Below are positions 35,803 to 46,508 of a DNA stretch of 64,000 nt, one piece after another. The stretch's first letter is position 1. Each line of letters starts with the position of its first letter. Source of the DNA: a virus (Duplodnaviria; Caudoviricetes); IMG/VR virus record IMGVR_UViG_3300048762_000252, positions 32,001 to 96,000 of that record; one strand, written 5' to 3'. The notes below the pieces were generated by a model. That model ran no database searches. It had not been told where the DNA came from and saw only the letters and a program-made list of their open reading frames with translations. A program made the position numbers and the translations under genes.

Positions 35803-36807
35803 ATGAGCAATTTTACCACAAATCACAAATCAGAGTCAATAGCAAAAATTTATATTATTGAAAACCTGATAAATCATAGAAAATACATCGGTTTTACAAC
35901 GGCATCTTTACAGTCCAGGTGGCGCAAACATGTTTACAGTGCCAAAAAATCGAAATATTATTTGCATCGAGCAATCCGAAAATATGGGAAGGAAAATTTC
36001 TCAATTGCCGAAATCTACAGTTCTAAAAATGTCGAACATACCTTACATGAAATGGAACCATTTTTCATTAAGCAATTTGACACATACGAAAATGGCTACA
36101 ACATGACAATTGGAGGCGAGGGCATAATTGGGTGTAGAAGTGTTCGCCATCCACATTCTCCAGAGACCATTCAAAAAATGAAAGATGGCTGGACCCCAGA
36201 ACGCCGTGCCGAAGCATCAAAACGATTTTCAGAATTACCACGCACTGATGAACACAACGCTCGTATTGCTGCTGCACACAAAGGTTGTAAAAAATCTCCT
36301 GAAGCAATTGAAAAACATCGCAAAGCAATGACTGGTCGTAAATTATCAGCCGATCAAATTCAAAAAATGAGAGAGCGGGTAGTGACTGAAGAAACACGGA
36401 TGAAGATGAGTAAAGCCAAAAAAGGACAGCCGCAATCAAGTAAGTCTGTTGAAAAACGTGCAGCAGCAAATCGTGGGCAAACTCGCACACCACATCAAAT
36501 TGAAGCCAATAGACAAACACAATTAGCATTACATAGAAAGCATACAGAAACAGAAATTCAAAAAATGAAGAACGCAAGGCGGCTGTATTTGGAACATAAT
36601 GAAAGCAATGCTACGAAAAATTGGATTTTGTGGCACAAAAATGAATCAACTCCATTTTTTGTTAGAAATCTTGAAAAGTGGGCCGCTCAAAAAGGCTTGC
36701 GTGGAGACTCTTTACAAAAAGTGGCTAAAGGCATCCGAAACAGCGATCATGGATATAGAGTGTGGAGAGAAGATAAGTGCCCAGAAGAAATTAAATGTTC
36801 ATGCTAG
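35803..36807 (+). CDS. GIY-YIG homing endonuclease with NUMOD3 repeats (antisense)
   Basis: KIYIIENLINHRKYIGFT...RW..H; GYNMTIGGEG. Confidence 0.9.
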   Translation: MSNFTTNHKSESIAKIYIIENLINHRKYIGFTTASLQSRWRKHVYSAKKSKYYLHRAIRKYGKENFSIAEIYSSKNVEHTLHEMEPFFIKQFDTYENGYNMTIGGEGIIGCRSVRHPHSPETIQKMKDGWTPERRAEASKRFSELPRTDEHNARIAAAHKGCKKSPEAIEKHRKAMTGRKLSADQIQKMRERVVTEETRMKMSKAKKGQPQSSKSVEKRAAANRGQTRTPHQIEANRQTQLALHRKHTETEIQKMKNARRLYLEHNESNATKNWILWHKNESTPFFVRNLEKWAAQKGLRGDSLQKVAKGIRNSDHGYRVWREDKCPEEIKCSC

Positions 36808-36839
36808 AATGTTCGGGCTGTGCCTGCGGAGGAAGAAGT

Positions 36840-38687
36840 TCAATCTTCGTAGTATGGAAATTTTTTGAGATGGTCAATCAAAGAATCTTGACTTTCACCT
36901 TTGGCTGAATGTTTATTGCCTTTGTATTTCCAATTTTGAGAATCTCGATTTAGATGAATTTCATGCCCACTCTGCGGATGTTTGTAAATTTCATGAGTGG
37001 GTGTCGCTTCATGAAATTCAAATCCATGCGACCAAGGAGTTTTCCACATAGGATGTCTAGTGCTTTCATATACTCGTGCCATGGCTAACTCAACCAAAGC
37101 CTTTTTGAAGTTCATATCTTTATCAGATTCAAACACAAATTCAACGCCTTCACCCTCCACTAAGCGCACAGAAACGGCGTTGATGATAGCGTTCATTTTT
37201 GCGGCTTCTTTGGCTTCAATTTTGGAATGCATCATTACGGCATTGCCAGTGACTACAAAGCTCTCTTTCATATATGGAGCGTTTACATCTTTGACAGTAT
37301 AATCTTTTGTTTTTGGATTTTGCTCTTTGAATTTTTCAATTACATCTTTTGGTGTCCAATGTGGCGTATCGGCGGCGTCACCTGTATAACCACGAACATG
37401 AAGAGTTTTGCTTGGATGGTGAACATGAATGTAACCACGTTTCACTTTATCAAATTTTTCTCCTGATGTCGGTATGCTTTTACCATGAAACCAATTAGCA
37501 TGTGCGGGACTAGCATGGAAATGATATGCTTTTGAAACAAAGGCTTTGCCATTATGATGCGCCCAAATATGTTCTGGCATTTCTTCTTCAATTATAAAGC
37601 TCTCCGCTTGATTTGCTGCGGTAGTGCCTTGCGGTTTTCCATTTCCAGGTTGCTCCTGATCTACAATTTTCATATGGTTTGCACCGTAACCTTTTTCTTG
37701 AAGCCAGCGCAAAATATCCATCGGGCCTTTTGCACGATAACGATCAATTGCGTTACCACTTTTGTCTTTTACCGCAATTGAGTAGTCCTTACCAATCTCA
37801 ACTGTCAAACCACGTTTTGATGTCGCACTCTGCTTAATTGGAGTTTCATCTGCGGATTGAAAGGCTGGATTATTTGGGTCTTCTTGTTTTTCGTTCCCTT
37901 GTGGCTCATCACTTGGTTTTTGTGGTTCGGCGGCAACTGCATTAGCATGACTGATTGGTTGCTGTTCTGGCTTGGCAGATCCTTCATCACCCATTTGTTG
38001 TCGAGCTTGCGCTTGAACTTGTGATGCGCCACCAGTGGATGCTATCGGACTTGCTTGATTTGGTGGCTGTGTATCACCTTCGATATTTTTATTGCCAGCT
38101 ATAGAGTTGCCAAATGCCGACTGCGTTCCAGTTTTTTTAACCTGGAAGAAAGTACGATAATGATGTTTTTGGGTTTGTTCAATTTCGTACTCTGGGTTCG
38201 CTGCCACAGTGTCCATGGAGATTGAGCGCAAAATCATTTTTAATTTTCCGTTAGAAAGATCGTCTAAGATGAGATTTCCCGGCTTTGCCTTTTGGACAAA
38301 ATCAATAATGCAATGAGTAATCGTAATCCAAATTGTGAGGGAATCTTCATGCGAAAGAGATATGTCCCACTTCATGAAAAATTCAGGACTTCGATTGCTG
38401 AAGAAGGTGACATAAAAAGTGGCATCACTTGTTTGATCTGTATTAGGTTGTCCCGGTGGTGCAAAAGCGTCTGGTGCTGGCGGCATTCCTCCTTGTGCCG
38501 GTTCTGGTTGACCGGAAACATCACCAACTTGATGAAATGTGACTCTTACTTCGCCCCCATCAGGGGCGATGAACCCACATTTCCAGATGGAAGTTCCTTT
38601 ACCATCTGTCTCTGGTTGTCGCTGTGCAATCCATGTCCATTGGATCGGCGTGGGTTGAGGTGGCGAATTTTGTTGATTGATGTTCAT
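36840..38687 (-). CDS. late modular protein with His-rich modules
   Basis: TAAATA-N6-ATG; IIEEE, MKE, VYE spacers; C-terminal HGFEF...YKHPQSGHEIHL..W module. Confidence 0.65.
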   Translation of the reverse strand: MNINQQNSPPQPTPIQWTWIAQRQPETDGKGTSIWKCGFIAPDGGEVRVTFHQVGDVSGQPEPAQGGMPPAPDAFAPPGQPNTDQTSDATFYVTFFSNRSPEFFMKWDISLSHEDSLTIWITITHCIIDFVQKAKPGNLILDDLSNGKLKMILRSISMDTVAANPEYEIEQTQKHHYRTFFQVKKTGTQSAFGNSIAGNKNIEGDTQPPNQASPIASTGGASQVQAQARQQMGDEGSAKPEQQPISHANAVAAEPQKPSDEPQGNEKQEDPNNPAFQSADETPIKQSATSKRGLTVEIGKDYSIAVKDKSGNAIDRYRAKGPMDILRWLQEKGYGANHMKIVDQEQPGNGKPQGTTAANQAESFIIEEEMPEHIWAHHNGKAFVSKAYHFHASPAHANWFHGKSIPTSGEKFDKVKRGYIHVHHPSKTLHVRGYTGDAADTPHWTPKDVIEKFKEQNPKTKDYTVKDVNAPYMKESFVVTGNAVMMHSKIEAKEAAKMNAIINAVSVRLVEGEGVEFVFESDKDMNFKKALVELAMARVYESTRHPMWKTPWSHGFEFHEATPTHEIYKHPQSGHEIHLNRDSQNWKYKGNKHSAKGESQDSLIDHLKKFPYYED

Positions 38688-39427
38688 AATTAGTATTTAT
38701 CTTAACTGCAAGATACCCTTTAGTGCCATTTGATTTTGCACAATGCCCTTCATCCAGGTTATGATTTCTACAGAATTTACGAAGATTCACATGAACTTCT
38801 TTGTGACCATCAGGAAATGTAATTTCCCATGTGTTAGACAATTTCGTTAATGTTTGTGCTGATGGCTTTTTGCCAAGCTTCATAACAGATATTTTTGCTC
38901 GTATTTCTTCTGATCGAGGTTTACCAAAATTTGGATTTTTCACCACTGTTTGCAGCAGACATTTTTCTTTTTGTTTCTTCTGATGCTTTTTTACCTTTTT
39001 GTGCTTCAGACATATTGCGTCTCGTTTCTTCAGAGCGTTTTTTATGGATTCTTTTTGTCAATGCAGTAGATATTTTTGCTCGTGTTTCTTTTGATAGTTT
39101 AACACCAAAGGTGTTTCCAGCAGTCGGTGAGAAATTGTAAAGAGTATTTTTACCCCATTCGGCATCAATGTACATTTGTTCGATTTTAGTCAGTTGTAAT
39201 TTGTCATCGACATATTCAATTACAACAAATTCAAAGGCATTTGCACCGTACTTATTCCAGGCTCGTTGAAGATGTAAATTATTATGTTTGTGTTTATTTA
39301 AAAGGTGTTTGTGTGCGTTCCATCTTTTTCGAAAACACACGGCGCTCCCAATGTAATGCTTCAATGTAACCAGACAAATGATATTATAAATGCCACTTTT
39401 CGAAAGATTGTAAATAGAAGAAGACAT
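38599..39427 (-). pseudogene. frameshifted GIY-YIG homing endonuclease
   Basis: SGIYNI..L.T.KHYIGSA; NUMOD3 run continues in another frame (SGEK|NPNFGKPRSEE) across an A5 run at 38936-38940. Confidence 0.75.
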
Positions 39428-39502
39428 CGGAAACCAACTCCGTTTGTTTAGGCTGTGTTGCGAAGCTATGAACTTCACATACAGCCGTTTCTATTTATAC
39501 TT

Positions 39503-39985
39503 CTATTTAGTTTCTTTTACTTTGACTTGCGGCATTGGTGCCCAAAACTTTATACGGGCACGAAGTCGTTCATTTTTGATTTGTTGGACCACACAAATTG
39601 CAGAAATTTCTCCATTATAAGTACTATCCCAATCCGTTTCACTTGGGCTAGTATCACTAAAATGACTTGACTTTTGGTCATATTGATATGGATGACTATG
39701 GCAATCCCCTAGAATTTGTGTACCAGTCTGTTTTGCTTCCCGTTTTGCTTCAGATCTCCAATTCGGCTGTATATTGACATGACACGGCGTACAATGAGAA
39801 TCAACATTTGTGGGATAAAACAGACTATCAATTACAATTTTTTCTTCATTGGTATGACCTAACAAATATGCAAATACTTCACGAGGAAAATTCTCCTTGG
39901 CTTTTTGTTTGAACGCACCAATAATTTTTTTGGAAACATAAATTGTAACTGGTTTGTAGACTTGCGCTACCGCTTGGCTTCCCAT
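39503..39985 (-). CDS. JAB/MPN+ metallo-isopeptidase
   Basis: PREVFAYLLG ... GDCHSHP ... SPSETD; late promoter ~40003-40008. Confidence 0.85.
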   Translation of the reverse strand: MGSQAVAQVYKPVTIYVSKKIIGAFKQKAKENFPREVFAYLLGHTNEEKIVIDSLFYPTNVDSHCTPCHVNIQPNWRSEAKREAKQTGTQILGDCHSHPYQYDQKSSHFSDTSPSETDWDSTYNGEISAICVVQQIKNERLRARIKFWAPMPQVKVKETK

Positions 39986-40057
39986 GTGCTCTCCTACAAA
40001 GGTATTTATGGTTTGAGAGCTAGTTTTATGTTTTCAACGACTTACAAAGATATACAT

Positions 40058-40726
40058 TTATTGCGTATCATCGGCATCATAGACAGGAGCAAAAGGATAA
40101 GCCACTGCGCCATGAGGTTGTGCAAACAAATCTCCAAATGCTTTCTTCATAGAAAGATGAATAAACATTTGTTCTTTGGAGTCATCCAAAGCATTATGCG
40201 TGTGTTTCAGCGCCGGATTGAACCAGGATCTTGGAAACCGTTTTTTAGATGAATCGTGATATGACTTCTGAAGCAAACACATAGCCATTGTTTTCATATC
40301 TAATGCGCTAAAACCTACACAGGACTGCCCCAAAAATTTGCAAAGATACCAATAAAGCCAAGTAAAGTCGAAGCCGCTCGGATAACAAACGATTAATGGA
40401 GATTCTTTTCGTTCTTTTGCAATACAATGCACAACAGTCTGAAATCGCTCCATCGCCAACTTTGGTGCGATATGATTTTCCGTCATGCGCCGCCATAAAC
40501 CAGGATTTTTGCTTTCCTGTACGGCCCACCATTTCATTGTATCTGGATTTTGCACAGCATCTTCAAGCGGAAAAATGTTCTCCAAATACTCGTAGAGCAC
40601 ATTGCCTTCGGAGTCATAGAATACTGCCCCAAGTTGCAACATGGAGTTGATGCCGGGGCATGGACCATCAGCCTCTACGTCCACTGACACATAAAATTCA
40701 CGAATCCTCTTTCCCATATTCTTCAT
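40058..40726 (-). CDS. DEDDh 3'-5' exonuclease
   Basis: SVDVEADG, FDF, LDMKT, HNALDD. Confidence 0.88.
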   Translation of the reverse strand: MKNMGKRIREFYVSVDVEADGPCPGINSMLQLGAVFYDSEGNVLYEYLENIFPLEDAVQNPDTMKWWAVQESKNPGLWRRMTENHIAPKLAMERFQTVVHCIAKERKESPLIVCYPSGFDFTWLYWYLCKFLGQSCVGFSALDMKTMAMCLLQKSYHDSSKKRFPRSWFNPALKHTHNALDDSKEQMFIHLSMKKAFGDLFAQPHGAVAYPFAPVYDADDTQ

Positions 40727-40940
40727 TATACCATAGTTTAGAAAACGAAAGGTTCGTTTGAATTACCGATGACACGGAGCATGTCCGTGCCTTCCGTGCG
40801 GCACAATTCAAGCATCCGTTCACGCTTCTCTTCATACGTGTCTTCAATAATCATATCTGCCTTTCTGTTAATACCAAGCTTCCCATAGAATTCTCTCAGT
40901 AATCATACCGGCTTTGTGCATCAAGAATAACAATTCGTAA

Positions 40941-41351
40941 TCAGGCTTTGATAAATCCTGGGAATGCGACATTGACAAGTTCCTTTGTGATACCGTATTT
41001 CGATAAATCCTTGTTGACAACATCTATCAAAGCTACGGCATCTGCTCTGTCAATTGCTTCCAAAATTTGTCCCAATAGAGCAGTCTTACGTTCTGGTTTA
41101 AGTTCATACGAATCCAAAAAAATGTAAAGCCGACGAACTTCTACATATAGTGAATTCGATGCGTAACCATCTGTTTCTAGGTTTTCACGATATGGTAGAA
41201 TTTTTACATCAAACTTAATTTCTGGATCGAGCGCCATTGAAAGCAATTGGCGCAACATTGTTGTGTCGTTAGTCCGAAGTATTTTTACTTTTTCTTCTTG
41301 TGTGGATGCTTCAGACACTTCTTTCAAAATATCGGCAAAAATTTTTCTCAT
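40941..41351 (-). CDS. conserved T4-like hypothetical protein
   Basis: EK..IL...D...L..LL...DP.....LY.E.RRLY.F...QILE; next to rnh. Confidence 0.65.
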   Translation of the reverse strand: MRKIFADILKEVSEASTQEEKVKILRTNDTTMLRQLLSMALDPEIKFDVKILPYRENLETDGYASNSLYVEVRRLYIFLDSYELKPERKTALLGQILEAIDRADAVALIDVVNKDLSKYGITKELVNVAFPGFIKA

Positions 41352-41363
41352 ATGTATTCTCTT

Positions 41364-42281
41364 TTAGAAGTCTTTAATTTCGGAGAGTAGATTTTTCATC
41401 CTATTCTTAATCAAGTAACCATAAATCATTTCCCGGCTTCCGATTACCGGAATGTTGAATTCATCTAAAATGGCAGTTTCAACGGAGGCGGGAATTTCAT
41501 CCAAATCTATAAGTTTCTTGTTTCTATAGTAGTTAGACTTTGTGCTTTCATCTGGGCAGAAAGTTTCTATCGGCTGGCCGTACCAGACATTGACTTTGGC
41601 TTGATAGATGGATTTTTGTTTGATGTTATTGACCAAGGAGTCGTCGGCACTAAGAAAATTAGGGACGCCATCACCTTTATCACCATGTAGAATGTGCTCA
41701 AAGAGAAACTTAGCCGGGTCTGTGGTTATTAATAATTTGTCTTGCACTGGCCCATATTGATGGACATTTGAATATTTTTGAAGCTGTTCGAAGTCGTGAT
41801 CGCCTGATACAATCAGGATTCCTTCTTGTTCGTGATGATGTTTTGCAAGGACACCAATTACATCATCTGCTTCAGCACCAGGAACATCCATGACTTTATA
41901 CGGAAAGTTTTCTTTGATTTCTGTGCGAAGATCATTCAAGATACGGAACACGAGTGACCAGTCAATGCCAGAATCATCTCGATCCTTTTTACGATTGGCT
42001 TTGTAATATTTGAACGCAGACTTGCGCCAATAATTCACATTGTCTGTCGCTATGACAAGCCGTCCAAATCGTTTTCTGAATCCTTTGTTGATTCGTCTAA
42101 TAGAACTAAGTGCCATATGACGAAGCATAGGTGGGTTAACTTCGCCAACATCTTCGGAATATTCACCATCTTGCTCGGCAAGCCAACGACGTTCAACAAT
42201 TCTAGCAGGATCATTTTTGCTTTGTTTAAGCTGAACATGAAGAGATGCTACAAAAATTTGAGAAAAATCAACCAAAATCAT
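41364..42281 (-). CDS. rnh: T4-like RNase H (5'-3' exonuclease)
   Basis: MILVDFSQI, YWR...F.YYKANRK, EADDVIG, SGD.DF.QL, GD.GDGVPN. Confidence 0.95.
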   Translation of the reverse strand: MILVDFSQIFVASLHVQLKQSKNDPARIVERRWLAEQDGEYSEDVGEVNPPMLRHMALSSIRRINKGFRKRFGRLVIATDNVNYWRKSAFKYYKANRKKDRDDSGIDWSLVFRILNDLRTEIKENFPYKVMDVPGAEADDVIGVLAKHHHEQEGILIVSGDHDFEQLQKYSNVHQYGPVQDKLLITTDPAKFLFEHILHGDKGDGVPNFLSADDSLVNNIKQKSIYQAKVNVWYGQPIETFCPDESTKSNYYRNKKLIDLDEIPASVETAILDEFNIPVIGSREMIYGYLIKNRMKNLLSEIKDF

Positions 42282-42300
42282 AATTGCTCTATATACTTAC

Positions 42301-43128
42301 ATGATTATCTATACAATCACAAACACGGTTAATGGTAAAAAATATGTTGGGCAAACAATTTTTTCGTTGGAAAAGCGAATTGCTGCTCATAAAAACACGG
42401 CCAAAACCAAAAATTATCCATTATATCGAGCATTTAAAAAATATGGTCTTAATTTATTCTTAATCGAACAAATTGATGCTGCGATAACGAAAGAAAGTTT
42501 AGACGAAAAAGAAAAATTTTGGATAAAAGAATTTGATACAGTAGTTCCGAATGGATATAATGTGCAATCTGGTGGAGAAGGTGGCAGCATTCCAGGCACC
42601 ATGTCTGATAAAGGTCGTCGCCGAATTGGAGAAGCCGCCAGAAAACGAATGACAGGGCGGATTGTTTCCCGAGAAACACGAGAAAAATTACGCCAAAACG
42701 CTACTGGAATTGTATTTACAGAAGAACGTAAACATCGCATCAGTGAAGCAAACAAAGGTAAGTCCAGAAATAAAGGCCACATTATGTCCGAAAAAACAAA
42801 AGCAAAAATAAGTGCGGCGCATAAAGGCTTACCAATTTGGAATAAAGGAAAAACACTTGGTCCACTTTTAGAAAAAACAAAAGCTAAAATTAGTGCAGCT
42901 TTAAAAGGAAAATACAAAGGCAAACCAAGTCCACTCAAAGGACGAATAATTGGTCCATATTCAGAAGAAAGAAAGCAAAAAATGAGAGGCAAACCAAGTC
43001 CGCTCAGAGGGAGAAAATTTGGACCGCTTTCAGAAGAAAGAAAAGCTAAGATTAGTGCGGCTTTAGCTGGCAAAAACCGTGGTCCATATAAAACATCCAT
43101 CACAAAGCCATTATGTCACAAGTTCTAA
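42301..43128 (+). CDS. GIY-YIG homing endonuclease with tandem NUMOD3 repeats (antisense)
   Basis: IIYTITNTVNGKKYVGQT; KAKISAA x3, GKPSPL.GR x2. Confidence 0.9.
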   Translation: MIIYTITNTVNGKKYVGQTIFSLEKRIAAHKNTAKTKNYPLYRAFKKYGLNLFLIEQIDAAITKESLDEKEKFWIKEFDTVVPNGYNVQSGGEGGSIPGTMSDKGRRRIGEAARKRMTGRIVSRETREKLRQNATGIVFTEERKHRISEANKGKSRNKGHIMSEKTKAKISAAHKGLPIWNKGKTLGPLLEKTKAKISAALKGKYKGKPSPLKGRIIGPYSEERKQKMRGKPSPLRGRKFGPLSEERKAKISAALAGKNRGPYKTSITKPLCHKF

Positions 43129-43312
43129 TTTTGTCAATTCTTTTTTAGAAATGCTAACCAAGCGGAGAAAACAGGCCAAGCATTTTGAACATATAAGATT
43201 GTTCCCACCAATAGGAATGCATACACTAAAATTACGATGGGACCATATTTATTTTCTAAGTAAGCACCAATGATTCCACCAATGAAACCTGCAACCATTG
43301 TCATAAAAATTG

Positions 43313-43687
43313 TCATACTTCTCCCATCCAACCATTACGACAGACAGCCTGTAGAGTACGCTTTGTTGGCGCTACAAAGGGCGTAGACGACACGTATACA
43401 TCTGAATCGAGTTTGGATACGTCTGCCCACGGTAAAGCAAATTTACGACCACAAGAACACTCATAAAATTGATCGCCACGCCGGTAATGCGGAGCTTTAT
43501 GGAAGGTGTGACAAAAGTAGACACCAAAATTTTCAATCACTTTTTCCCACTGCATTAATGGCTTCAATGGAAGTGTAGTTTTCGGTAATGATTCGTCTAG
43601 ATGTTCCGTGATGTGAGCAACTGCAAGTTCTCGCCCAAGAGTCATTTGATGAATAATCAAATAAGTTCGTGCCCACCGTTCTCTCAC
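43313..43687 (-). CDS. hypothetical protein
   Basis: ORF with C..FH and CSCG. Confidence 0.45.
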   Translation of the reverse strand: MRERWARTYLIIHQMTLGRELAVAHITEHLDESLPKTTLPLKPLMQWEKVIENFGVYFCHTFHKAPHYRRGDQFYECSCGRKFALPWADVSKLDSDVYVSSTPFVAPTKRTLQAVCRNGWMGEV

Positions 43688-43819
43688 TTTCGCCGGGTAG
43701 TTTCACGGCGCACTAAGTGTGCATCATTATTAGAGCCGGTTTCCCATTTCTCTTCCCAAGTTTCTTCAAATAGTTCATCCATAGATGTAAGTATAGCAAG
43801 AAATATAAAGCATGTCAAG

Positions 43820-44620
43820 CTAGTGCAAGGTTCGTAAAATAATGGAATCCCGACTTAAACGTGGACTAATTTCTTGCGGCACGGCCCTTATAGAATCCCA
43901 ATATTTTTGCATTTCGGATGGAGTCTTTTCAATAAATTCGTTAATTTGAATTTTTGGTTTGCGAATGGTTTTCGTGGTGGATTGTTTTTCGTCGTAATTG
44001 AGAATTGTTGTACCTTTGGCTGAAAGACCGGCATCACTTTTGGCAACGTAGCAACCCAATTTTCGAACCTTGACATTATATACCCACAATTTTATAGCGC
44101 CAACCAACTCCGCTGGTTTTAAACTGAAGATCCCGGTTTCGTTGTCTTTTTCAAGAAATAACACTTTCTTCACAATTTGCCCTGGTGTTTTTTCTTTGCG
44201 CTTGCGACTGCCATTGTTGAATCTCCCTTTAGCGGCATCGTCGTGTTTCAACGCCTTAATGCCTTTGAAGAGAGCGAGAGTCAACTTCATTTGCGCCTTG
44301 TCATAGTTGGAATATGCTTCAATAAAAAACGTATCGCCAGCTAACGCAGCCTTTAGATCTTCACAGGTCTTGGCATACTGATGATTTAGGATTTTGATTT
44401 CTTTCGTAGAGAGCTTACAAAGCTGTGTGATAAGAGATGGCTCGAACGCCTTCAGCTTGCGGATGCGAATGCGTTCGAGCAAAGTGTCAACATGCATCAT
44501 TGCAAGAACTAAAAGTTCATTTTCCGCACGAAACGGTTCTTGCGGCTTCGGTTTAGATACTTTTTCATCGGTTACTATCATACTCGACTTTTGAAAACTG
44601 TCAAGCCAATTTAACATCAT
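43820..44620 (-). CDS. conserved T4-like hypothetical protein
   Basis: L.GA..LWVYN.K.RKL..Y.A....GLS.KGTTI..YDE..S..KT.RKP. Confidence 0.7.
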   Translation of the reverse strand: MMLNWLDSFQKSSMIVTDEKVSKPKPQEPFRAENELLVLAMMHVDTLLERIRIRKLKAFEPSLITQLCKLSTKEIKILNHQYAKTCEDLKAALAGDTFFIEAYSNYDKAQMKLTLALFKGIKALKHDDAAKGRFNNGSRKRKEKTPGQIVKKVLFLEKDNETGIFSLKPAELVGAIKLWVYNVKVRKLGCYVAKSDAGLSAKGTTILNYDEKQSTTKTIRKPKIQINEFIEKTPSEMQKYWDSIRAVPQEISPRLSRDSIILRTLH

Positions 44621-45194
44621 TTAGCATTTGCATTATTTTGTCAGCATATAGATGGTACCGCCGATGAACATTATATACCCGTATTTTTTGTGTTGGAGTT
44701 TTATTTTTATATGGTCCTAATGTTAAGGCTCTTCCAACATAACGGATTCCGTCTTCGACGGTTTTGAACCGAGCTTTACCGGAATTCCATCCAAAAATAT
44801 TATTGTGGCGATGAACTCTTCCGCAACCAGATTCAATAAATGCAAAAGTAGGAAGAAGTTTCCAATCAATTTTGTTTGCGTCCGCAACCTGTACGAATAG
44901 TTTTGCGTACTTAGCTCCCGGTGAATTGTTCTGAATGAAGAAACGTCGGATCTTTTCAATACGCAGATCAACGTCTTCTGCTAAGATAGGTACTGTAATT
45001 TGTGCTTTTATTGCACAAATTGTTGCTGTCTCATAACAGATTGTTGCATTAAGAAAATGCGATAGGGAAGCGACCTCCTGTTCACAATTCCCGGCACAAA
45101 TTTCTTCTAAATCTTTATAAGCACTAGCGGTGATACTGCCATAAAACCCCATAAAAAACAGGAGTATTACTGCACGAAACATCGTTTGTGACAT
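44601..45194 (-). CDS. lysozyme-fold/glucosaminidase-like protein with N-terminal signal or TM segment
   Basis: IDWKLL...A..ESG.G....NN.FGW; late promoter. Confidence 0.65.
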   Translation of the reverse strand: MSQTMFRAVILLFFMGFYGSITASAYKDLEEICAGNCEQEVASLSHFLNATICYETATICAIKAQITVPILAEDVDLRIEKIRRFFIQNNSPGAKYAKLFVQVADANKIDWKLLPTFAFIESGCGRVHRHNNIFGWNSGKARFKTVEDGIRYVGRALTLGPYKNKTPTQKIRVYNVHRRYHLYADKIMQMLNDVKLA

Positions 45195-45403
45195 AGTATT
45201 ATTTAGCTGGCATGGAATTTTCTACGTTAAAATGGTTATATAACTTCTCCAGCGCAGCGCACAATTCTGTAAAATTTGTACGGGCGAGATACACATCATG
45301 CGCTAGGTGCTTTATGTCAAGCAACTCGTTATATGTGCCTGTAGATATGACAGGCGGAAAAGTATCAGTTATCATTATTTTCTTTCCGTGACTCTTACGG
45401 TCA

Positions 45404-45661
45404 CTACAATACATCAATTATCCGATCTGTGCGAATGGTTCGCCATCCTTCGACATTCAGATCCCATAAGGTTATAAGATTCGGAGATGGCTTTTCAAGC
45501 TTCACCGTTTCTCCTTTCTTTTTTGGAAGCAAATCTTCTTTTAGTGTTCCTTGCAATACACGGACTTCATCATCTGCTTTGCGATATCTTATTTCTACTA
45601 TTCTACTATGCAGCATTGCCAACAAAGTGTCCCTATTGTAGCCAAGTGTTTCTGTACTCAT
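45404..45661 (-). CDS. WYL_2/Sm-like small protein
   Basis: V...Y.K.D...R...GTL...WDL....WR..R.D. Confidence 0.7.
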   Translation of the reverse strand: MSTETLGYNRDTLLAMLHSRIVEIRYRKADDEVRVLQGTLKEDLLPKKKGETVKLEKPSPNLITLWDLNVEGWRTIRTDRIIDVL

Positions 45662-45665
45662 GAGA

Positions 45666-46508
45666 TTATTGTCTCACGATTTTCAATTTCGTCAACTGGA
45701 CATCATATGTTATAGGCAATTCGTCATCGTCATCAGTTCTCTTTCCTGCATCAATTGGGATGTTTTTTGTAAACTTACCATTCGTTGAATCGTTTGTTCG
45801 GTTCACTTTCTGTTTGCCTGAAATAACGGTGTCTAGAAGAACCTTGATAGTACGAAACACTGTACGCTTTTCACCATTTGGTTCTAGCTGAAACCGAGTC
45901 GGCGTAGCGTGCATTGCAAAGCAATCGCCAAGCCAAATCTTACCTTCCAATCTAGTTGGTAATTCGTAAAAAATACCATTATTGCCGTTACGATCAGTCA
46001 CGTGGAATATTGTACCGCCCTTTGTGGCATCATGTTCTCCAACTTTAATAAGCTTTACGAAGAAGCGATCTTCCACATTAAGCGTGCCCATGTATTCATC
46101 GGGTTTGGTAATTTTGGCTTCGCTTTTCAATGGGTTTAAAGACTTTGGCTTTGCAGGTTTCAGCTTTGCATAAAGGGTGGGCATCGCCACCACATATGGA
46201 AATGTGAGAGGCGTCACTTCATCCGCTTTAACAGTTTTCACACATGTCTGATACATCGCTCCATCATCTGATGCACAAATTTTTTTGTAATCTGGAAGCG
46301 TGTCTAAAATGCGGAAAAATTCGATCATTTCATTTGCGAATTGCCAGAATTCTGGCTCCACATCGGGAAGCGGATTTGCTTTAAGTGTTGCTAAAACTTT
46401 TGTTATCGTATTGGTGGTAGCGTTTTTCGTCGGTGCAATGTAGCCGCCATCAGCATGAATCACATGCAATGTGGTCGCAACAACGGTTCGAAGAGGATGA
46501 TTACTCAT
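45666..46508 (-). CDS. hypothetical protein (possible OB fold)
   Basis: long co-oriented ORF. Confidence 0.55.
   Translation of the reverse strand: MSNHPLRTVVATTLHVIHADGGYIAPTKNATTNTITKVLATLKANPLPDVEPEFWQFANEMIEFFRILDTLPDYKKICASDDGAMYQTCVKTVKADEVTPLTFPYVVAMPTLYAKLKPAKPKSLNPLKSEAKITKPDEYMGTLNVEDRFFVKLIKVGEHDATKGGTIFHVTDRNGNNGIFYELPTRLEGKIWLGDCFAMHATPTRFQLEPNGEKRTVFRTIKVLLDTVISGKQKVNRTNDSTNGKFTKNIPIDAGKRTDDDDELPITYDVQLTKLKIVRQ

Noticed and set aside
38930-38946. Programmed frameshift in the split GIY-YIG gene
   Set aside because: Only an A5 run with no clear slippery heptamer or stimulatory structure; decay or sequencing error is simpler.
42770-43090. Tandem repeats that could suggest a CRISPR array or DGR
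   Set aside because: In-frame NUMOD3 protein repeats; no constant repeat with unique spacers, and no cas or reverse transcriptase gene in the window.
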